Below are positions 37,201 to 48,840 of a DNA stretch of 64,000 nt, in pieces (position 1 is the stretch's first letter; each line of letters starts with the position of its first letter). The stretch lies in assembly GCA_976226885.1 (NCBI GenBank), contig OZ320313.1, forward strand, positions 52,080,001 through 52,144,000. The letters run 5' to 3'. Source of the stretch: Iphione sp. A-MEVVRFRX5 (lineage: Eukaryota). Both the position numbers and the translations under genes were made by a program. Below the pieces are notes generated by a model, which saw nothing but the letters and a program-made list of their open reading frames with translations, did not search any database and was not told the origin of the DNA.

Positions 37201-40200
37201 ATTTAAGTGAAACGTGGTCATGTGTTTAAAAGAACGAGAATTAATAAGCGTTTAAAAGCATCTCAATTCGTGTTAGCTGCTTTAAATTTTCCATTTGCTT
37301 TGACGTTACCTTCAAAGCACGAGCTCGCGATACCTTTGATGGTAAGAGTGAGCTGTAGCCGGAAAAATAAAGTTACCAGTGTGTATTCCTACATCAGTAA
37401 TGCCGCGAAAGATCGACAGCATGTACTCGGGTTTCATGTAAAATTCATAAAGCCATAGACGAAGGCAGGCCCACAAAGCAGAATATTCCCCAACGATATG
37501 TCAGTGCTTAACACACAAAGTGATAGGCTTTAAATCCTTATTTTAGCGCGTTTCTCAGACTGAATCAGGAGAGAGGTGATTGATCATCATTTCTGAAAGA
37601 TTGTCTTTTTAAAAAGTATCTACAAATACGGTGCGTGCATTCAGAAAGTCAGGTTGTAGCATTAAAAAATGTTACACTACGGCGCGGTACGTTTATGCTC
37701 GGATCCTTTGTCATACATGATATTCACTTTGCCTCTGAAGAAAAGGATGACAGTCAAATCGAATAATAATTTAAGACACACAAGGACAGTTCTACTCACT
37801 ATGTCTAAATTTAACTGAAGCCGATGCTTCACTGCTACGTTCCAAAGTGGTTATTTGGAAATAGTACTTACTGTATGATGTACCTAAAGACAGGTAGAAG
37901 GCCGCCATCTTGATTTATAATACTGCGTATTCCTTTCAATGTTCAGTTTTTATTAGCATTACCTTACTGATAAAAGTTATTTAAATAATTCTTCAAAGTA
38001 ACCAGATATTGTCCTCAATCATATCTCAATATCCTGAATTCTTAGCACTTTGAAGATCATAAAAAGCATCCCTATTAACAAGAAGTATTCTCTGAAGCAG
38101 ATTTCAAGATGAAAGACCTTTTAGACCATAATATAATTCTTTTACATAACATTCAGATATAAATCTTTAATACTTTGTCTTTACAGTGGAATTGAGTTCA
38201 CTTTCAGTTATCTTGACTGACTGTGGTCGCAGTAAGGGGGTTCTAGCTTCCTACCCTAGACACAGATAGTTAATGCTCCTTTGGACCTGCGGCTGGCAAA
38301 CATTGGCGGTATTATTAGGTTCTTGTACGATAAGAAGTGTGTGATCTCCAAAATAGCTATTATGTATAGAGGTAAAGGGGACTTGTCACATCAGTTTGCT
38401 GCCTTCGCCAATGTCGCCTCGCTGCCTCTCCAGCCTTCCTCGTCCACTCCCCGGACATAAACCAACAGTATGAAATCCTATCCTTCGTGAGAGACTTAAA
38501 ACATTCATAGCCTGGTTGGACGTGCAAGGGACACCTTAGCATCAAATGAAACCGGATCTGAACTAATACATAATGAATCCTAGAACGACACCCCTTGTGT
38601 TCCCCGCACCAAGGCCTGATACGCTGGGGCACGTGACTTCAATTGGTTTTTTGCTGTACTGGTAGAGTATATGATTTGCAAATGGTTTGAAGGCGCGAAG
38701 CATTACGATTTTGCAGTGCTGCTCCCATATTGCATTAACTGGCATCACAGGTACTAGGAGGGACGACAATGAGGACGAGAAGAAGGGACGGGCAAAGCAA
38801 TCGGTCGTGGGTGTGGATGTGTGTGTGTGTGTTGGGGGGGGGGAGACAGAAAGGATCTGAGCGCCTGGAGTAACGCACCGGATGGTCGCGTTCTCACGTT
38901 GAGGGGCGGAAGTGAGAGGAGACTCAGGGGTGGTTTGGTGCTTTCGGCTTTCTCCAGAGCTTGCCTGGAAGGAATAGAGGCGAGCAATCCCATCATGCTC
39001 AGCGTCGGACGAGAGGATCACGTGATCTTGGAGGCGATCCGCCTAGTGGCTCTAAACCGAATCACGCTGTGTTGCGCTTGTGTTCTTTATGTCTGCTTGA
39101 GCCGGAGTGATGGTTAAGGGTAGAGGCCTTTCTTAGTCTCTTTTAAATTGTCTTCTGTTTCAAGATTTTACATCCGCCAAACGCTTGGCTGAACATAACC
39201 ATGCCACCGAGCTTGATCAAGGAAAACACTGTCGCTAGTTTGAATTCATTAAAAAACGTAATCTCGGAATGTTTTAATTAGCGCTGTGCTTTCATTGGCC
39301 AATATTGTCCGTGGAACCCGAGTTCCATGAAACGTTTTATTCATCTTACTATCCAAGCCATACATTCTTTACTCAGTGGTGTTCGCCATGTTCTCATCGC
39401 CATTTTCGTATACTACTTACACGCTGTCCCTCCCCAGACACACAGGTGTGCGCTGTTGTAGTAGCAGGGCGGGCATAGGCATCGGCCCAGGACTATCATT
39501 GATCAGCCGGTGCACTTCTAGCCACTCCTCAATCGATCACTCCGTTTCATTCCTCCGACAGCTGAAACAATGAGGCCTGCTTTTAAAAAACGGCTCATTC
39601 TCCCCGCATTTTGTCCTATAGACGGCGTTCATTAGTCTCCCTACGTGTCAGGGACAGTGTTTGTGCAGTGCGGGGAAAGATATCGTAGTATTGGCTGCAA
39701 ATAATAAATTGGATCTTTTTGTTCATTTATTGTAAAACATGTCCGCATCTATGTACGTTTAAATTCTAATTTGTAATGAATGGATATAATTCTAATAAAC
39801 CATTGCTATCAGTAGCCGAATGCATTGAAGGTCACTCAAAAGCACACGAAACATTCCAGTGGCTCCTTTGAGGATATAGGGTTATTTTAAGGGCAAACCG
39901 TAGCCCCAACTGGCAGCACCACTTACTGTGTTGATCATAGAGCAGTGTGCGTGGCAGCATTAGGTCATGCTGGGTCATGCACCTGGAGTGCTTCGTACGG
40001 CGAGTGTGCATGTTTCATGGGCATAGAGCGTTGGCTTCCTAGCGGGATCGATCCTAGTTAACGACCAGACCTTTTACAACGCACATGTTCGCCATGGCGC
40101 AAGGTTGCCACCCATATATGGGCATCTGGCCCGAAGGCTGCAGACTCCATGTCCCAGAGCGGGTGCCAACGGGCACACGACCAGGGAGACGGCTGGGGGA

Positions 40201-41029
40201 TACACTTATTTATCTGCCTGCCAGTGTGAGAGTGGTGGTGCTATTTTGTATTATGCTCATACGCATGCACTAGACGCGTATGGTACGGTACACCACCTGT
40301 GCACATTTTTAGACGAGCTAACAAAGCAGGAGATATACACGCCGTTCTGCCGACAGGTGCCACGTACGTAGGCAGTCTTGTTGGCTGGGGTCACTGACCG
40401 GCGGTTGTAGTGAATGGTGGGGCTGGTGGAGGAGAATTTCATTACCCGTATCCCTCGATCTGCGCACAAAGGGTGTATTTTTAAAAATATAGTATACGTT
40501 TTGTATTTAACAGTCGTTCATCACTCCAAACCATGGACGGCAGTATATAATATATATATGTGAGACATTTGGTAGAGCCGAAAAAATGTCGATATAAAAA
40601 GTGTATTTAAAACGATGAACTAGATGGGCGACATAAGTTGTTTTCGACGCTGCCTCATATGACCAAACGTTTAAATTTAAACTTGGACAGGTCTTTTCGG
40701 TAAAACGCAGGCGATGAAAGAAAAACTTATACATGTACTAGTGGAAAGGTATCAGCCGCGTGAATTGATTCGTCTGGAATTCTTTGGGCGTGGTTGCGCA
40801 TTTTTCAACCGGCCGTGAGGAAACTGTAAAATGTCAGCGCGATGAACAATTCATAAAAAAATGTTAACCATTTATTTATGTTGCGTACGAAACAAGTAGG
40901 AAATGTCACCGAGGGGAAACCAGCACCGGCTGCAGCTCGATGGAAATGCATAGTTTGTTGGTAGTTTTTGTTTCTACTTTTTGCGCACAAACGGGAAGGG
41001 GGTGGGGGAGGTTCCAATAGCGGACGCCA

Positions 41030-41880
41030 GACGGCTGTGTTATCGATAACAGTCTGCTTTTCAATGGGGGCTTTGTCCCTCGTTCTCGTAGCAGGCTGTT
41101 TGCACCGGTAGGGAGGCGGCGAAGTCAGGTAGAGGTAGCCTTTAAAAATGTATGACCGGAACCACGCGCCAAGGAGGCACCAGACAGTGTCCACTTACGG
41201 TTCAGCCAAGTAAAATATTCACCGACCGATTGCCACTCGCCCATTCCTTCTGACGGTATTCTAGTTTTCCAATGGCCTACTCCGCAAACGAAAAAAAATC
41301 GTAAAAATTCACGCAATCAATGCATGTCTTTTATTTTCAAAAGTCGCCGCAAAACACTGACTCTTACCGTTTCAATATCTCTGTTCGACATTAAAAATGT
41401 ATTCCACTGTTGTCATCGTATTTGCCGCACTCGAATGGATTATGAGACAGCATGGTTGTGGGGCCTAAATTCAATAATTATTACTGTGTCGCCACGGTGA
41501 GGAAAATTCCATACCTGTCTCTGAGGAGTGTGAGGATTTAATTTGTATGTTGTTTTTTCGGCTATGGAGGAACGGCGCCGAGTCTGCTCGTACTATAGCC
41601 GTATAGCCTGCAGGTATCTGAGTGACGACCGTGGAGGAAGACGAGGAGGCGGGCGAGATGGAGACATGGGTGGAATATAAGTGGGCTGGCGTGGAGTTCG
41701 GGAGGCACTCGGAGGGGGCGGGGAGGTAGAGACTGGCTGGGGTGGGTTCATCTCAGTGCGCCGTTATTGATACGTGTTGCTGAGCCCGTCGGGCGCGATC
41801 GGGCGTTGGCGGTCGCCACGCCGCCTCACGCACGGGCGACCGGCCGGCAGTGTGGCCGCACTGACGCTCCTCCAGGGTAT
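41030..41880. promoter_or_regulatory. GC/CpG-rich intronic island with GC boxes
   Basis: Perfect GC box GGGGGCGGGG (41714-23), second GC box (41645-54), palindrome TGTTATCGATAACA (41038-51), CpG-dense 41760-41870. Confidence 0.3.
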
Positions 41881-42340
41881 GGAGCCAGGCTTTTACACTG
41901 TGTAGTGCCGACTAGTTCACGTACCGCCTCAAAAGATGCACATCCATGTCTGCTTGACGTCGCACGGCGTCACAGAGGACTTTGTGCAAGCTCGGTCTGC
42001 TATCGACCATCATAGCCTCAACAGTCCTGTCTTGTGTTAAATGGATCTTAGATAAATACACTCCGTGTGAGATGTAATTTTTTTTACAAGGTACAGCTGT
42101 ATTACGCTGGAGAAAGGCATAGTGCATTATTTTTTTTATACAGATTTGGTCAATGCACATGATAAACATGTACATTGTACATTCGCAGGAATCACTTTAT
42201 TCATAAAGGTCATTGATCTCCTTGTAGTTGGAAAAGGGAATCATTCGAAGCTGGAGGCCTTAGTCACCTTGGAAGTTATCTCCCGTCTCATTGCTCTGTC
42301 TGACGCATACTAAACCCCAGAGCCATATTTCCCCATATCG

Positions 42341-42367
42341 GGAGAAAGAGGGAGAGAGAGAGAGAGA
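42341..42367 (+). repeat. (GA)n-rich simple repeat
   Basis: ggagaaagagggagagagagagagaga. Confidence 0.85.
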
Positions 42368-42878
42368 TGCTACTGAGGCGGGAAGCTTTGAAGTAATAGC
42401 TATTTAAAAGTAATGAATAATCACGCTAGAGTAACATAGCGAGCCGGCGGCAGGTGTTGACTGTGGTATTGTCTCGTTGATTACTCTCGGGACAAAGGCT
42501 GATGGCGTAATTATAGTGTAATGAATGGCGAGCACATAGAAGGCTTAAAGAGCCATACAGTATTTATTTATAGGTTGGGAGCGATAAAAGCAGAGTTATA
42601 CAAGCAAGCTTTTCTTGAATAATCTCCGAATCAGCTTGGGGCACCTGTTTTTATAAGTAGATTCCCAAAGCCACAGGAGAGTCCTGTTTCAGTCAAGCTT
42701 CAATAGTTGCCTGAAAGATCTGTTAGCACCACTGCCGACAGCCATCATCTAGTTCCTTTTATATACATGTAAATTCTGTGAGGCTGCATGTAGTTGGTAG
42801 TATCCCGTTACATTATTAACGGTCTTCTCTTTCTTGTGACTAACAATCAAATAATCCATCGGTCTTTAGGCCCCCGGC

Positions 42879-43032
42879 CTCTCTTTATCTCTCTTCCTCA
42901 CTCACTCAGTCACTCGCTCACTCACTCACTCTGTCTCCTTCCAATCCTTCCTACCCCCTCGCTCTGTCTCCCTCTGCTGTTTTACTCCCTCGCCCTCCTG
43001 TCTGCCTCCTCCCCTTTCCTCCGTCTGCCTCT
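42879..43032 (+). repeat. CT-rich / (CACT)n low-complexity tract
   Basis: Almost purine-free stretch including ctcactcactcagtcactcgctcactcactcactc. Confidence 0.8.
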
Positions 43033-45854
43033 ATAAACAAAGCATCTAACCAATCTATGAAGGATGCCATACATGAAAGACCCAATGCAGAATTATATCA
43101 ACACCACAACATAGTGACAAACGATTGACGCTAGTGAAGTTGACGTACTTTCCGTGTGATAATTTGTCATTGTCTTGTCGGGCTTCGTAATGGTGCTCAC
43201 TGCACCACCCCATCGCCGGCGACCTGGAAAGAACCAGGCACAGGGAGAATGTACTTGTTTCAAACGATCTATGGCCGATTCCCGTCTACCGCCATTAATT
43301 GGCAGAAATCATGTGTTTGGTCCAGAGACACATTGTTTAGTGTAAATTGTAAAGAAAGCAGGCATGATTATGCCCGTGGAGACGAGACGAACGATGTTTG
43401 ATCAGAATCTTAAGATGGAAATTAAAGGGAGCTGAGAACAAGTTGTATTTAACATGAGGGAGTTGACTCAGTGCACGCTTGAGGTCTTACAAAATAAGAG
43501 GAAACGGGTAGCTAACTAGAAGATGATGGAGGATGGTGAGGGGTATCGCATATGCGACCTATTTGCCCTCCGGTGTAAATTATTCAGTCGAAGTCAGTGT
43601 GGAAGATGGTAGAGGAAGATGGTTGTTTGTTTATCAGTGGCACTCTACAATGGATAGGCATATGGCATGAATAAAACTGGGAACAGTGCTTATTTAGATT
43701 GGGTGATAATGGCATCGTAGTCGCATGCAGTAGATTTATGCATAAATATGGCCAAGTCAATGCCGTATGCCAAATGATAGTCACAACCTCACCATTATCG
43801 AAACTATACGATGATCCTTCCATTACCTAAACCCAGATAACATTAGTGGGTAGTGGGAGCTGTAACGTAGTGTAGGTTTAAATAGCAATGTACATGAACG
43901 TGCTTTAGGTCTAGCATCAGTCCCCTTCAATTGCATAGCGAACAGTCCCCCGCGTCAAAATCTATCACTGCAGAATTGTAAAGCTACTTTTATCTCTCAG
44001 AGGCATAGGGGAAACAAATGGAGCGTATATAGGTCATTTCAGATACTGGTTTAAGTCTTTTCAGGCGTGTTTCTTTTGATATTGTCTGCTCTTTTACGTC
44101 CATGATAGACCAGCAAAAGACTCGAGTGCCACCTGGACTAACATATGCCACCGGCCTGGCCCTCGTTATCTACCGCACGTGCCATGAAATATTCAGGGAT
44201 GTAGACAAGAATTCTGGTCTTGCTGCTTCTGAATTGCCAGAGGAAGCCTTTGTACCAGCCGTGCAATCGGAATAATGTAGGAACTAAAAACCTTGAGAGA
44301 TAAAGACTCCAAGAAATAGAGGGGGAAATGTTAATATGTTATCATAACGACGCATTTTATTTGTTCTTGTTTTTTTAAAATTTCATGTAAGACGAAAGTT
44401 CCCCTTTCTCCCAGCCAGCTCTTATCTTCGTAATCTCTAACCGACAGCGCCGCGAGGCTGGTGAAGCCTTTCCTGCTGACAGAAAATCTTTACCTGAATA
44501 TAGATTGAGGTTCAATCAGGTCCTCAAATTTGCCTCTCCCGACTATTCATTTGAATAAGAACGACCAAATAGTAGTCGCGCTTTCCCTTTACTAACTGTA
44601 TGTAGATCTGTATTGCCATCAGAATACTCAGTATCAGAGCCAACAGTTGAAGACTTCCTCTGAAGTGCCCGGGGACTCGGATCTATAGACAGAAAGTCGC
44701 CCTTGTCGCTCCCTTTTCTATTTGCTGCAGTCAGTATGCACAACGTAACCACATTCTGGTTCCGGAACAGACTTTTGTCGCTCATCTCCACCCGAAAGAT
44801 CATGATGGTTATTTCCGCTGGAAATGCCTTTCGAAATCGTTATGAACATGTCTAACAGTATTGATTATAATGCTAGCTAAAAGGAGTTGTTGCTTATCCA
44901 AGCCCTTATTTGAGAACTTGCTGTCTGGATTTTCGCGTTCGTTTTGTGCAAGTCATGCCGTAGAAAGAATAACAATGATGATATGGGCTCGATGTAAGAC
45001 TTCACAGTAGTGTTATTTCGACTAGTCTACTTGGCCTGCTGGGATCCGGCCCCGTTCAGCATAGATAATCTCACCTATGAAGTTCATTACATGAAGCGCG
45101 AGTCCATCTAGATTTCCCTTGCACTTTGTCTAGCTGCCTTCATGTCTGTCTCTATCTGTTCGCATCTCTCTTTCTATCAATCTGTATCGCTCTCTCCACT
45201 TCTCATCTTTCTGTTGGTACATGGATTCTCTGACCTATACATCAATGGCGGACACTTCCTGTGTTTGACAAGCTGTTGCATCAGGACAGGTATCTGTTCT
45301 TCGTTAGCCCGATTTTACATTTTTCTTTGCACTTAGAAGCTAAAACAGCTTTTGGGCTGTAACAGTCTAGAAATACTATCAGTAACACTTACTCCTTTGT
45401 TCGTCATCAATATAAACTAACTCAAACACTCCTTAAATACGTCATAACCACCGCATTTAGTTCATGTCGCAACCCACTCTCAAGAGGGAAAATGTTTTGT
45501 TTCTTAATTTTATGCTATTTCCTTACGGAAGTTAAGAGTAGAATTTGAAGTGACTATTGCATTGCTCAAACAGATGTTAGTACGTGAACACTGAACAGTT
45601 GCAGCAGCTGTATTATCAATAACAACAATCCTTTATGTAGCCATACACGACATGAATATATGGATGCAAGGTGAAAATTGACATATGTAGATATCTGTTG
45701 TTATGACGTGTCATGCTTATAATGATTTGTTAACGTCACCCTGAAAGGATACAGGGTTCATTTTTTGGAGGAGTAGCCTGGTTGACCTGTCATGTTTCAA
45801 CATATATTTGCGGACGGTTTGTTATATATTGCCGTGACCTTTTTTGTATTATAG

Positions 45855-45911
45855 GAGAAATATCCTCAAGTCAGCTATCATCAATATCAGGACCGAGGAC
45901 AGGTCCTGCAA
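45855..45911 (+). CDS. mbnl: Candidate in-frame cassette exon of the ZnF2-ZnF3 linker (EKYPQVSYHQYQDRGQVLQ)
   Basis: 76-nt AG-free stretch ending ttttttgtattatAG, strong donor CAA|GTAAGT at 45912; 57 nt with no stop in phase 0; Y/Q-rich like the neighbouring linker. No homology recognised. Confidence 0.5.
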
Positions 45912-48795
45912 GTAAGTCACCATCCTAGTTTAGTCTCCTTGACAAGGTCGGACACCCTCCATGTTACTTACTCCAGGGAGAGGACCTTTCTTCTTTGTCT
46001 ATCACCATTTTCTTCTAGAATGCCTACCTGGGTCTCAAAGCCTACACTGGTGTCATGGGCTCAAATTCATACTTTGTGCAACAGAGAGTGTATGCAAGCC
46101 ACAATGCAAGCCAAGAATGTTACTGCATCCATGCATGTGCGAAACTCATACACACAGAAACTCTTCGGTAATTTGGAAAACGTCCTACTAAGTTTTAAGA
46201 CGTTGATGTCAAACTTGCTGTGAAACCTCTTGTTGAACACTGTATTTGAATATGAGCATTTCCACAAAGGGATGAATTAGATTGTACATAGAACTAGAAT
46301 TTCTAGATTTGGGGCTTTTCGGTTGTTCATTTGTATGACCTGTTCCGTGTGCACCTGACGATTAAGATACCTGAAAAGTTGAACTAGATCTAACCTTTCT
46401 CATATCCCAGATTATGAAATGTATCATGGATGAAGATATAAGAGTTTATAACTAACACTTTATTAAATATTGTTTCTAACGACTCATAAATATTTACAGT
46501 GAAACCTAGTCTAGGGACCACATCCACGCAGATTGTGAACATTAAGGAGATAAACAGGACTCGAGATTGGAATTAGTAGTAGTCCTTGGTCAGAAATGTT
46601 ATTTAACAGGATTAGCTGATGCACGCATTTAGTATCCCTCAGCATGGAGTGTATGGTTTGTATTGGGTAGCATGTTCCGACCAAGTAGATAATTGTGACT
46701 TTCCCAAGTAGCCCGACAATAGAAAATTATGTGTTGGATAGAAACAGTAAGCTGTCGATTAGTACCTCCTAATCGGACAAAACGTTTTTCAACTGAACCA
46801 TCTCTTAACATTCTAAGCGTTTGCCCCTCTTCTAGCACCTTCTTCGTTTGTTTTGACGAATGCTCTTTATTTCTAGACGTAGAATGAATCAAGATTTCTT
46901 ACGTACTAAAACAACACGTGCATCGCCGCAGTATACGCTCGCTGTCGATGATTTGATCATGTTAACACTGTTGTACACAAAATATGATATACTGAAATAT
47001 TCTGAGAGTTCACTGGTTTTGAGCAGTGCGTTACAATATATCAGTCGTTATCTCAACGTGATACAATATGTGTCCTTTTGAAATAGGGGTGTAAATGAAT
47101 GAGTCAACTAATTGAACTATGGTTGAAAAAGTGTGATTGCAATATAATAGGAACAGCACATCTGCCTTTTTCAAGGAATCGGAATTCTCCACAGGTTGTT
47201 TCTAGGGCCGTATGTCTTCTACCTGGTGCATAGTGATACCCCTCTTTTCTTACACAAACTGTTACAAACTATTCTGTCAAAGGGGTACCGTTTAAAAGGT
47301 TTGATCTCATTCACGTGCTCTGCATTAGTCATCTAGATATCCTCAACTTCCTGTGAGGTCATTAGTGCCATTTTTCGTCTCTTCATCATGCGCATCGCAA
47401 GCTGGTGTAACCACAATGTTCCATCCCATTTTATCTCCAATCGCAGTCCACCGTTCATGTTACTCAAGTCTACAGATGACGAAACTTAACATAGTTTGTC
47501 ATATTTGCCTCCAGCCTCTTGAACGATTTCTATTTACAGCCATCTGCATCACAGAAAGTCATCATCTTGCTTTCTCTGTCTCCTACCGAAACCTTTCTGT
47601 TATTTTTCAACTAGGTACCATAAAACCCTTGCCCCGCTTCTGTTCCCAAGTCTCCCCTTCAAACGTACATATTTCAAATCGCATGGCACAAGAATCAGTG
47701 TATTTTTGCACTTAAATAAGCATGTGCACCTTTGTCGAGATGTCACTACGACATGCTCCTCATTTTATGTTGAGATGAACAAATTGGTATGCTTGTATTA
47801 TTTTCAATGGCACGCTTCTGTAAAACGACCCCTCATCAAAAGAGCTACCCGCTGTCAGAAGTTCGACTTAACCAGAAATGCCCCATATTTTGGGGGAGTG
47901 CCACCCAAAATAATCAACCACTTTTAATAGTTGGGACGTAAGCAACTACCCGTTTTCTGGTGTATATTGTTGCTTTTCAATGACAGTAATAATAGTACTA
48001 TTTTGATACAACAAAGAGTCTAACTCTGGCAGTCGGCTTTCATTTTGTCAGTAGTTTTAGCATGTTAACTGCATGACAGAGTGAGAACCTGCGGGTGGGA
48101 TTAGAAACACTGCTGCACGAGGTAAACAGAGCAATATATGCATTTCCTTTATCTTTACCGATGTTGGCTTATTACCTTGTATTTTGTTTTGAAAATGAGA
48201 ATTTCAAATTTTACTCTGCCCGATGTTTCCTGATTTCCTTTATTATCCAGTCGATTCTATCTCACCATTTGGAATTTTGATTACCTCTCGATTCCTTTTC
48301 TGTGATTGAAATACTGTTGCGACTATTTCAGGCTAAAATGACACAAAATTCCACTTAAAATCACGAAAACCTCTCGGTTCTAAGTCAATGGAATTCTCAG
48401 TTTCTTGTAATTGTCTAAGCCTTTGAAACACGTCATAGTCAATGATTGACTATATTTGTATAAATGCACACCCTCACTCCTCGATAAGAATGAAATTTCT
48501 AAACGTTTTGCACAATTCTGCCTAATTTTTCAAAACAAGTTACGAACCTTTAGGCACAATTCCTACAACTTTTTGTCCAGGCAACTGAATTTTTTCATTC
48601 AGTTTAGCCCAGAAAGTGACACATGCCATTACTCCGGCCTGCTACACACGTTTACCTTTTCATCGGACTGCAAACACGCAAAATTAGAAGAGATGGGTAG
48701 TGAGGTTGTGGCAGTAGTCGCCATGGCGACGTCGGTGTACTAATCTGGCTATTATCTGTTCTGTATTTTTGGTGTATGATGCCGGTAATGGTAAG

Positions 48796-48840
48796 CCCTA
48801 CCCAGCCACCGCCGTGCAGCATGGACCTTACCCTCTTGTG
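48796..48840 (+). CDS. mbnl: Candidate 45-nt in-frame linker exon (PYPATAVQHGPYPLV)
   Basis: TACTAAT branch-like motif at 48738-44, 76-nt AG-free zone, AG at 48794-95, donor GTG|GTCAGT at 48841; phase 0/0; P/Y composition continuous with the next exon. The acceptor is atypical (purine-rich and overlapping a GTAAG donor motif). Confidence 0.42.

Noticed and set aside
42909-43040. Long AG-free pyrimidine tract as a distant-branch acceptor
   Set aside because: Explained by the CT simple repeat; ends in an A-rich AAAG with no downstream donor.
45134-45295. 135-nt AG-free tract followed by a 17-nt candidate exon (45273-45289)
   Set aside because: AAG acceptor separated from the pyrimidine tract, frameshifting length and a CT-repeat-like tract; insufficient support.
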